DNA of 64,000 nucleotides from NCBI GenBank assembly GCA_051942245.1, contig JAVECL010000017.1, forward strand, positions 1-64,000, written 5' to 3'. The position numbers and the translations under genes are program-made. This document shows, one piece after another, positions 25,247 through 36,037 of the stretch. Origin of the DNA: Trypethelium eluteriae. Taxonomy: Eukaryota. The notes beneath the pieces were generated by a model that was not told the DNA's origin, searched no databases, and saw nothing but the letters and a program-made list of their open reading frames with translations. Position 1 is the first letter of the stretch. Every line of letters starts with the position of its first letter.

Positions 25247-25794
25247 GTTAACTGTTCTGGTACATATTTTCTACGGATCTTGGTTTTTCTTCGCCAGCTG
25301 TTGAAAATAGATCTTGGAAACTTTCTATATATTTCGATTGTGAACAATCATATTTAAATGATTGATGAATCAAAGACGTTATCCATGTCACTACAATCAC
25401 AAAAATCTCTTCTAAGTTCTTCAACATTTTCCGCAACTTTTATGGTCTGACTAGGCTTCCATTTCTTCCTATTTCTTTCTCTTTTTTTTGTATTTTCCAA
25501 AGTTATTTGATTAGACGTTTAATAAATACTCAACTACTCAACTAATTTACAACATTGATGACATTCGTAAAATGATCAATAGTAAGTGATCCTGAAGATT
25601 TGTCACTTCCAGCTTTCAGCCTGGTGAGCACCACGAGTCAGTGCACAAATGACGTAACAAGTCTTTGCAGTACCATGGCGTATCGCCGACTCAGCACCAC
25701 CTTAGATGACAGCTAGAAGGCAAGCAAAGAGATACTGTACCCACCTAACACACTCTCAGATCAGTGACTAAGTTTTTCGAGGATATTTCTTTTC

Positions 25795-26077
25795 GCTGCC
25801 GGTCAGATCTCATTGTTTACCGACAAGGAATTAGCTGCCGTCAGACATTAGCTACCGTCAGATTATAGTTGCCGATCAGACATCAGTAAGGCGTCCGGGT
25901 GGCTTTTACGGTGATTAGCTGCCGTTGTGCTACTCGGACATTAGCGGGCTATGTGTCCGTCGTGCATTAGCTGCCGATCAGACAGCATTAGTTGCCGATC
26001 GGGCATTACTACCCAAGGTAGCTGACGGCTAGATATCAGCGACTGCGGCTTGCGGTTGCAAATTACCTTAGCTACCG
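25795..26077 (+). repeat. Cluster of degenerate ATTAGYTRCCG(A)TCAGAC repeats
   Basis: Copies near 25830, 25847, 25866, 25914, 25966, 25987 and 26068, plus a partial copy at 25795. Confidence 0.75.
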
Positions 26078-26398
26078 CTCAAATGTCGATCACTGACTAA
26101 ATGTTACCTGGTATCCGTTCTTGGTTCACCACTAACCTGGCAAGGTTCGGCGCTGGAGAACCTCGACAGGGCTATCAAGGTCATGTTAGGTAGCTTTACG
26201 CTTTGAATCGAGATCATTAAGTGAAGATGTCAGTATTAGTTGAGATTGCTAATGCTGTTGCCGAACGAGTCTATTAGAAGTGCAGTCGTGGGGTTGAAGC
26301 CTAGCTCCTAAACGGCCGCGATAGAGATATTGCAAGCGTACCTTCGCATGTTCTCGAAATAATCGAGTCTTTTGTGACGAGTTAGCTCCCTAAAAACC

Positions 26399-27632
26399 AT
26401 GAGGAGCCAAATCACAGTTCTTTTCCCAATCTTTGCCACGGCAGTTTTGGTTCTCGCATCGGGAAGCTATTCAGCCTGCCCTCCGGTATCTGGTAATCTC
26501 AGGGTAAGTCAGCGAGACATATATCCTGAAGGTGTAGAATTCTCTCCATCAAACTGCAAGATATACATAGGGTAAAGTGGTCAATCCAAAACATATCCTA
26601 TCTGATGAAAGTTAATCTTAGGCCAGGTCTTTGAATAACAATAGCGTCGTCGAATTCGACCCCTACACCTCGGCTACGGAAATCATTGAATTTCCCGGTA
26701 TTACTCACAATTGGGAGTATTTCATCTGTGGACTAGATTACAGCTATGCAACAGAAAACATCTACGTGTCTGCGAGTGCCCGGGCTCCCTGGTTCAACCC
26801 AGGCAGCGATGCCATGGGAAAGAATCTCACTGGTCCGAATCGTCTCATAAAGCTGTCCCCTCTCGACCGATCCGTCATATGGCAGGCAGATATCAACCCA
26901 GTCATTGAAGAAATTGGACAACAAATTGGCACACCCATCGGTGGATTCCAAGATTCGGCGGAAGATCAAGACGGCAACGCGTATTTTCCATCTTCCTTCG
27001 GCCACACCATTCTCAAAGTCGATGTGAATGGGCAAGCCAGCAAATTCTACATTGCAGAGTCCGAAAAGCTGAACACAGACGCATATGGGTTCGGTGGCTT
27101 ATTCACAACCGATGAAAATGTTCTGGTGTTGAGTGATGGGGTTACGGGAGGCTTCGTGAGGTTCGATCTCTCGGGACCGAATCCCTCAGAACCACTCTTT
27201 TCTAAACCCACGAACCTATGGACAAAATATGATACCGTCTTGGATTGTGACTCCTTGATTGCGCCTAGGAAATTCAACCAAACAGTCGCCTTGTGTTCCG
27301 ATGTTGTCAATAGGAATTTATCACCGCACGGCATGATCACTGTGTATGCATCAGAAGATGGATGGAAAACTAGTAGATACATCGGCGCCATTCCGGTGGA
27401 GTTTGGCCAGTCGCCAGATGTGTGGTCTACGGCGCAGTTTGCGACACCAGAAGGTGTTTATGCCCTGTCGTCAGCTCTTCCGTATGCAGAAGGGACATTT
27501 CCCAAGACCAACGGCACGACACTTGTAGATATTACGGAAAAGGTTGTCGAGCTGTTGCACAGTAGCGAGCATGATTTACCAGCGGAGATACTCAACTTTG
27601 AGAGCCTTGTTCAGAGCAAGGATGAATTGTAA
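26399..27632 (+). CDS. TRI14-like secretory-pathway protein with C-terminal KDEL
   Basis: Signal-peptide-like N-terminus and IYPEG..F...CKIY motif. Intron 26572-26626 joins in frame to ORF 26631. GFQDSAEDQDGNAY resembles the TRI14 family. Ends SKDEL*. Confidence 0.7.
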
Positions 27633-30600
27633 ATATATCAGGAAAATGTCATTTCAAGTCAATTCTCACCTCCATTTGCTTGTGCTGTGAAATCGAGACC
27701 AAAAGATCGATAGTAGGTAGCTCAGTCTTTCATTATTTTGTTTGGAAACCAATCAAACATCTGTCAAAGATAGGGTTCCACAGAGGTCTCTCGAATTGTA
27801 GTCTAGTGGATTCTCATCCATCGGATCAGCCTGGTTGGCAAGGCTGACATGGATGCCCACTCAGTTACAGTGACGTCAGCAGGGTTTTCGTTTCCTTCAT
27901 TTCAAATTTCTATGATACGGATCTCCATAGCCATCAATAATTCACGGAGCTTTTCCTCTCATGCAGATGTTATCCAGTCCGACAGGTTTTGAAATCGAAT
28001 GATTTCGCCAAGCCACGGCGGGTATGACTCCTCGCCGACATTTTCAGCTTATCTATGTTCCGTCGCTTCAATTTACGCTGTACCATCCTCTCCGAGCCTC
28101 ACTCTGCTCTCTTCACCCTTCCACCTCTCTTCACCCGCTCTGCCTGGCATAAAATCACCAAGGTCATACTACTTCCGAGAGCGAGGTCTTTAGGTTAGAT
28201 GAATTAACAGGAGTCAGAACAGGCCTTGCGGAGCTATAATGGACTCTTGAGATCAGAACAGAGCTCCCAGACTCAACATACTGATGTTGTATACCAGATT
28301 TATTGCAAAGACGGAATTGAGACGCCGCCTTGTAGTACATCCTGTACCTTCAGCCGAAATCATTTCTCTTAGGTCCTCGTCCTCCCCCGCTTGCCGTGCG
28401 TTTCGAGTCGACCATTCCTACGTGCCTCACATGCACTGCATTTATTGATGGTATTTCGACCTACCCGGCCGGGGCTACGAAAAAGTTCTCACATTTGATC
28501 CTTTGCACATTGTCCCTTCCACCTTCACAGTCCCAGAACTAGCTCCTAAGATGAGGAGGGGAAAAAAGAGCGCATATGAGAAAATGCGTATAAGAAAATG
28601 ACATTGAGAATGATATGGCTGGCATCTCCGCCTTGCTCTCTAAAGAGCTCTATTATATGCAATCAAGTATCACAATGAGAGGAAGATGCAGATTTAGCGA
28701 GGGTACGCTCTCCCTAACTGTCGCGTTCCCGATTTCAGGCCTTGCAACACTACTGACAATATGGTGTATCCCTTTTAGGTATCAACGACCTCTTAATAGG
28801 CGCTGTTAGAGGGTCTACCTTTTGACCAAAGCTTATTTTGACTCCATAAAGATACGATACCCAGTAGCTATCCACAGTGAAAGCCCACAGCGCTGGTACA
28901 ACGACCAATTCGTGCGAGAGTATTTGTGACTTGCAGTGAGAAAAGTTGCCGAATCGTTCGACTAACTTGGAGACTGACTGAAAGAGAGGCGAACCATTTG
29001 CATTCTACGTGGAAAAACGAGGAGCTCATATTTGACTACAGCAATCTCATGCCACTGTTTGATGGCCACCATCTGCTACTTTGGAATGTTGGATCAAGGG
29101 TGAACGGCGGCGACAAGGCCAATGGCGAGGTAAGATACGCAGATCGGAGACTACGTGTCCGTGAAGGAGCGCAAGACTATAATGAGGTTAAAGGGTAAGT
29201 GACCGCGTAATTCATAATCAGTACACAGCAGAGTAGAGGGTCTTGCAGCAAACCAGTTATGCTTCAATTTGTCGACGCTTTTCAGCAGCCTGACCGGGGT
29301 CTCTTTTCTCACTCCTGGAGGGAGAAACACCGCTCACGCGCATCCGTCCAGTCGCGTATGATTCAATTGGCTCAAGCTCTGAAGATCTTGGGAGGAGCGA
29401 TGAATATTAAACTTATTCTTTTAAAAATCCATACACCTTGAGGATATTAAAGAACGCCCTCTCAGCGACAGTCCTGCAGGGTCGCTCTGACTCATAAAGT
29501 CACGCTTATTATAAATATTCTTTAATTATCTCTGTTGGGCACGTGCTGGAGATCGGACCCACCTAGTCGGTGTACATTTGACAGCGATCTGACAGGAAAT
29601 CACATAACCCATCTAGGCTCCCATGAGCAATAAGATTGAGCACCTCTCAGCTAATCTGACTCAGAATGGCGAATGGTACCCCGCTTTGGCATCAGGGTCG
29701 CAATCAAAAAAAGACAAACGGCTCCCATTCCGTCGAAGATCGCAGGCAGTCACCCTGACCCATTGCACACGACAATTCAACCCCAAATTACTCTGGCTCA
29801 CTGGAGCGCTTACTCAAAGCGATTAGTTGATACCACGATTGAGTGTAACGATGTAAAATCTAAGCGGGAATGCAGGAATGAATAGTTCGACTTCACTTAT
29901 TATTTAAGATCCTCATTGGTGCCATCCAGCATCTTCAGGTAGCAAACTTCCAATGCCATTGTGGCTTTCTGTTATTGCTGAGGTGTGGTGATGCCGTGAA
30001 ATCTCGGTCGTAGGGCCAAGTGACTCTCAAGGCAGACCGGGCGCACTCCGTTGCCAGATGACGTTTCGGCGTCCGAGGATTATATCGCGTAGGATTGTCG
30101 TAACGCGTAAGTCAGGAAAGGCAAAATGGATAGTGTGGGAAGGGAGAAGAGATGCCACTCACTGGAGGTCATGCGATGCGTTCATTGATATTGTCTAGTA
30201 GCCCCGTTGTTCCAATTGTCTCCGACAAGGCCGATAAACCAATACGACTACATTGATGAAGTACCATGAACAGCCCTACGGTGCCTGGATGATGGCAGAA
30301 GCTCGCTAAAGCACTGCCAAGACACTAATGTGCCTCATAGTCGAGATGTGCCGATCTTGCAGTTGCTCTAGCCCCACAGCCCTCGTGGAAAGTATTACAC
30401 CACGGTGCCACCAAGGTGCGGCGGAATGCTAGCGTAACACTAATTCGGGAGGCCTAGCCAAATAACCTAATGTAAGCGAGACTTCGAGCCCAATTATGTT
30501 CTTGGAAAGCATCCGGTACATAGAGGTTCTCGTAATGATTTCCAGAATTTACCTGCTATGGTAGCCTCTCCGAAGATCTTTACCCCTGCCTGCCATGCTA

Positions 30601-31842
30601 GCGGTCGGCTGCACCTTGCAGGTGACACATGACATGCAGTGGTCAACGTCCAAGCCTTTTGTACGCGCCCACGGCATGCCAATCGCCGCGATATTTGTTG
30701 AAAGGCACGGCGCAGGTCCTCTCAAAGAAATTTGTTATAGCACAGTATCTAGCGCGGAACAACTTGCATTCGCGAGACATTGCTTTTCTATTCCGTCAGG
30801 CGTTGGCGTAGCTGGGGCGGAATCGATCACTATCGTAAGCGATGGCGCAGTGCTCGAGAGGCCAAAAAACGAGCCGCAATGGGTTGCGTTTTCTGTTGCC
30901 TGACATGAGTCCAACCGTAACTCCTTCATCCACCAACATGGCACTTGACCGAATTCTGGCCCGCTCGCGCCCAAAGTTCCCGCCCATATCCAATCGTCTA
31001 ACCGAAGCTATGCGAAAGTGCAGTCAGCTACGCCTTCTACACCGCGTAAACCAGCGGCATGCACACGCGGCTTTAGAAATTTTTGTTGATTTTTCAGTTC
31101 CGTCTTCTAGCCTTCGACTTCGTCCACATGCGCGGGAATCCGGCCGGCAAGAAGGTCAGAGTTGATTCCGCACGTGTACAACGAATTGACCAAAGCTTTC
31201 CGAGGTTGTAGTCAGCTACCCCTTCTGTATCTCGTAGAACAGCGGAATCCACAAGCCGCTCTCAAACACATCTTTTCAGCCTGGGTTTCCCACCTCAGAC
31301 TGCGCTCAGATTGGCGGGATTCGGTGCCGAGGCAGAGTCAAATAACGACTTGTTGTGCATGAGAGAGTAGACACCAGAATGCTTTGAAGTCCAAGATGGT
31401 ACGCTGAGTACCCAATATGCTAGAAACGGGAAACATCTTCATTATTTTCTTCTTCTGAAGCCGGGTAATGATCGGGTGGGACCACGGCGCAAGCTCCAAT
31501 CGGTCGAGCGGCATTTGAACACCCTTTTGACTACTGCCTCTTTTTCACTAAGACGATGAGACCGTCGGCTGAGATGATGAGCTGAGTATCTTTTCCTACG
31601 GCACGGAGCTGCCGGACATCAGATGGATAGTCGAGGCTGTATTCCCCACCCAGGAGGCATATAAATATGTTGATTCTAGTCCCACGCTCTTGGGAAAAGA
31701 TCAATAACCGCGTGTGAAACTTGCATTCTGTCGTTATCCAAGTCGGTTCAAGCTATTCTCCATTAAGCATACTCGTTCTTTCCAATCGAACCATCATTCC
31801 ACATACCTTCTAGAGTTTTCCTTAAGTTTTCACATCCCGAAG

Positions 31843-33825
31843 ATGATGGGCGAGGTCAAAGCCTTGTTCCTGGCAGCTGTCTTGGCTGCAGGAGTGCACA
31901 GCAGACCTTTGGGTAACGTCCCTTTGGGTTCGTCCTTTGGTATACCCGGAACCAATGCAACATATGACTATGTTCTCGTCGGTGGCGGGACTGCTGGCCT
32001 TACTGTAGCAAGCCGGCTAGTCGAGCAAGGCGCCGGGACTGTTGCTGTCATCGAAGCTGGAACTTTCTATGAGCTCACCAACTCAAACGATAGTCAAGTG
32101 CCCTCCAATGCTCCCGCTTGGGCAGGAAACTCAGCCACAGACTGGCAGCCCCTGGCTGACTGGGGATATATGACGACACCTCAAGCTGTAAGTTGAAAAA
32201 TTGAACATTGTCTTTCCTGGACTTCTCTAACCGCTTATCCAGGGAGCAAGTAACAACTCACTGCACTATCCTCGAGGTAAAATGCTGGGTGGATGCAGCG
32301 GCCGGAATTTTTTGATTTATCACCGCTCCACTGTCGGCTCTTTCCAGAGATGGGCTGACCGGGTTGGCGACGATAGTTACACATTTGAGAACCTTCTTCC
32401 TTGGTTTGAGAAGAGTGTCAACTTCACTCCGCCAAATAACGATCTCCGGCTCAAAAATGCAACGCCGTCATACTCAACCACTTCTCTCGGGTCCTCGAAA
32501 GGAACGCTTGGTGTCACGTTCCCCAATTGGGCCTATGCGTTCCCCTCGTGGGCTACAAAGGCCCTCTCGCAGATGGGTATCTCCGTGCGAACGGAGGGAT
32601 TCCTCAACGGCGGTCTTCTCGGACAAGCATACGCCATGTTTACCCAAGATGGAACGACCATGTTTAGGTCGTCTTCGGAAACGGCATTTCTCCAAAACAG
32701 CCTTGGCGACCCCAACTACTACCTCTACCCGTTGACGCAGGCCAAGAAAGTGCTCTTCGACGAGACAAAGACAGCCACCGGCGTTCTGGTGGATTCTGGC
32801 GGTTTTCTGTACACACTATCCGCACGCAAAGAAGTCATCATGGCCGCAGGCTTCATCGGATCGCCGCAGGTACTCCAAGCATCGGGGGTTGGGCCAGCCC
32901 AGCTCTTGCAATCTCTCAACATTCCCATCGTAGCCGATCTACCAGGCATCGGGCAAGGCATGCAAGACCACATCGTCTTCGGCATCTCGCAGGGCATCAA
33001 CGCCATCACAGCCTCCAACTTAGGCGACCCAAACTTCCAGAACGAACAACGCCAACTCTTCGACGAGCACGCCACCGGTCTGCTTACGAGCGTGGCAGCA
33101 GACCTCGTCGCCTGGGAAAAGCTCCCCAACTCAACCCGCGCCGACTTCAGCAACGACACCCTCAGCTACCTCGCCACGTACCCCCAGGACTGGCCCGAGG
33201 TCGAGTATGTCGCCTTCTCCGCCTACTTCGGCAACGGCAAAACCATCACGGGCGAAGACCCCCAGGACGGCACCCCGTACGGCACCATGGGCGTCGCGCT
33301 GCACACGCCGCGCTCGCGCGGCTCCGTCAACATCACCTCAGCCGACACCTCCGTTGCGCCCGCTCTCGACCCGGGCTGGCTGACGGAGCAGGCGGATGTC
33401 GATGTCGTCGTCGGCGGCTTCAAGCGCGCTCGCCAGTTCTGGGCGCAGAGCGCGCTGAGTAACTTCACCGTCGGGCCGGAGAGATATCCCGGGCGCGCGG
33501 TTGCAACTGACGAGCAGATCGCGGAGTCGATCCGGAATAGCTTTCAGACGGAGTATCATGGCTCGTGCACGTGTGCGATGGGCAAGCCGGATGATCCCAA
33601 CGCGGTGGTTGATACGAAGGGTAGGGTGTATGGCGTCAAGGGGGTGAGGGTGGTGGATACGGCTGCGTTTCCTTTGTTGCCGCCTGGGCACCCGCAGTCG
33701 ATCGTGTGTAAGTACATCTCTTGGCTTTTTGATGAGAAAGAAAGGCCGCCAAATGCTAACGCGATACCGAAACAGATGCTTTGGCTGAGAAACTTGCTTG
33801 CGACATCTCTGGTAACTGTCCTTAA
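31843..33825 (+). CDS. GMC oxidoreductase with signal peptide
   Basis: YDYVLVGGGTAGL..A.RL, VAVIEAG, YPRGKMLGGCS, GFIGSPQVLQASGVG, YHGSCTCAMG and GHPQ motifs. Two introns. Ends YALAEKLACDISGNCP*. Confidence 0.93.
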
Positions 33826-33892
33826 GAGTCGAGCTGGCTCAAGTTTCGCGTAGGATCCTATCCTTTGTAGGACTTTCGTTAAGTAAAATCCC

Positions 33893-33947
33893 CTTCTCTT
33901 CTCTTCTCTTCTCTTCTCTTCTCTTCTCTTCTCTTCTCTTCTCTTCT
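33893..33947 (+). repeat. Pentanucleotide microsatellite (CTTCT)11
   Basis: Perfect 55-bp tandem array downstream of the GMC gene. Confidence 0.95.
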
Positions 33948-34593
33948 GCATTTCTGCAATTGTAGGGCATCTTGAGTGGAGTTATTTTAGGCCTTTGGAA
34001 TCGTTGGAATCTGGGCTTCTGGTGTATGTTAGAGTGTAACAGAGTATGAGGCAACTCATTTCTTCTCATGAAGGCTTTCATTCTCATAGACGGGAGTGTG
34101 AGCGACCTACTTGACTTAGTTATAAACCTCAGCATGCTCGAGGCGCTGCTCTCGGCTTTTACGTACAGAAAACAGTTTCCGAGCTGCATAAGTCTCATGT
34201 GCCATTGGACAGGAAAACATAACCTGCATGATCCACAACTCTGATTGAGGTAGGTACTGTCGCAAGTATATCTTGCTGATACTGCAAGTAAGCTTCGGAC
34301 ATACCCAATACAAAGCCGTGGGTCGATTGCGGTCAGCCGGAAAGTGGCTTATCACAATTACAATGGAAGGGTCATGAGATGAGAGACTCTATCACGTGAC
34401 AACCCACTGTTCCTCTTATCAGCTCGCCTCCACCCACCTAGATAGCTCTACTGGCCTACGAACAGTTATTTGGGACGTCTTTCTTTCATTTCGTTCACAA
34501 TCCTTGCGAACACCATTTCTAGGCAAGTTTCTGCCATGGTGGTCACCTCTATGTACATCATCATTCTGCTGCTGTCTAAGTGTGTAGCTAATC

Positions 34594-35532
34594 TCACGCA
34601 GAGATTGACCCATCCCAAAGCCCGTATAGAGCCATAATGCTCTCTCCCAATCCGAGCTCAAAACTGTTTGCAGACTGATTCGCGCTCAGCTGAAGGAACT
34701 TGTGTACGTTAGCCTGCTCCACAGGTAACTGTTCAATGTCATAGAAAGCATTGAAATCCAGATTGAAGGCATTGGCCGGTGGATTGAGATAGCTCAACAC
34801 CGACTTCGTCTGATTCAGGGCAACACGGGGGAACAAGGCAATGCGCTGTGCCAGTTGCAGCACAGAGTTCGTCAGCGTTTGAGAATCGTCGTAGTATTTG
34901 TTGTAGAGACCCAATGCCTCCCCCGTCGGACCATCGAAAGTCTTCGCGGCGAGCAGATACTCCATGGCCTTGGCCTTGCCGACTATGGCGCCGAGGAAGG
35001 TCTGGCCACCGCCGCCTGCAACGAGGCCGAGAGCTTCCTCAAAGGAGACGGTGCGTGCACCCGGTCCGACAAAACGCATGTCCATTTGCGCTGCAATTTC
35101 GTTGCCGGCGCCGGGCGCCAGTCCATCGATCTCGGCGATGAAGATGGTCGATGTGATGCTCTGTAGCATATTCGTGAACTTGACATAATTTGCACCTAGC
35201 TGCTTCTTCTCGTTTGTGATGGGTTTGGCGAGAGAGGTCATGTCAATCTGACCAATCCAGAAATCAGGGTTGGAGGAGTCGAAAATGACCACCTTGGGAG
35301 TGGAATTGGTGGCATTCTGAAGCGGTATCAGAAAGTCCAAAAGGTCATCCACCAGAGGAGCGTCGACGTAGTTGACAGGACCATTGTTGATGGTTACGCG
35401 GGTGACATTTGGGGATGGATCGGTGAAAGTCAAAGTTCCGTGAGGTGAGGCAGCTCGGCGCTGCACAACAGCTGCGTTCGCCGAAGCAGACAACGAGAGC
35501 AGAAGCGATGAGAGAATCAAGAGTGAATGCAT
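34594..35532 (-). CDS. Crotonase/enoyl-CoA hydratase superfamily protein with signal peptide
   Basis: RVTINNGPVN, KVVIFDSSNPDFW, IAEIDGLAPGAGNEIAAQMDMRF and EEALGLVAGGGG motifs. Hydrophobic N-terminus MHSLLILSSLLLSLSASANA. Intronless. Confidence 0.88.
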   Translation of the reverse strand: MHSLLILSSLLLSLSASANAAVVQRRAASPHGTLTFTDPSPNVTRVTINNGPVNYVDAPLVDDLLDFLIPLQNATNSTPKVVIFDSSNPDFWIGQIDMTSLAKPITNEKKQLGANYVKFTNMLQSITSTIFIAEIDGLAPGAGNEIAAQMDMRFVGPGARTVSFEEALGLVAGGGGQTFLGAIVGKAKAMEYLLAAKTFDGPTGEALGLYNKYYDDSQTLTNSVLQLAQRIALFPRVALNQTKSVLSYLNPPANAFNLDFNAFYDIEQLPVEQANVHKFLQLSANQSANSFELGLGESIMALYGLWDGSISA

Positions 35533-36037
35533 TTTGCTTACTTGCCTACTGGCTGGAGATGAGCTTCAGAGCAGCTTCAGAGCATGCGCAGCCTTCTGAC
35601 TGGAGAGCCGCCGACGGGGTTTTCGGTAATCCTTAAGGGACTGCTCCAGTTCCAGTGACGTGTCGCGACTGGTCCGATCTCGAAGTTATCTAAAGCGCGT
35701 ACTGACTGCATGTTTTTGCTTGTACGGGGTGAGGAAAAGGTGGAGCGCAAGAGTGGGTTGAGAGCGGCATGCATCGTAAGCCTTCCCCCTGGCGACGTGA
35801 CGGCAGATATGCATGAATGCATGAAGTAGAGCCTTCTGACAGCTGCAGGAGGTACATGACGGAGTTGCTCCTAAGTCCGGATCGTCACTCGCTGCCTGAA
35901 CCAACCTAACCGGAGGCAACACTGGTCGGCTCGCGTCTTCGCGTCTTCCTCGTAGGACTTGCCTAGCATTGCAATGCATTTTAGATGGTCTGGGAGACCC
36001 TGAATCCGACTTGAGTTTGATACAACAAGTTGCTGCC

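Noticed and set aside
25795..26077. CRISPR-like array
   Set aside because: Eukaryotic context, short degenerate repeats, irregular spacing and no cas genes.
27700..31700. Small ORFs in the long TRI14-like/GMC intergenic region
   Set aside because: No family motifs or coherent splice structure found by eye.
33556..34198. Minus-strand ORFs containing KRREE repeats
   Set aside because: Artefacts of translating the (CTTCT)11 microsatellite.
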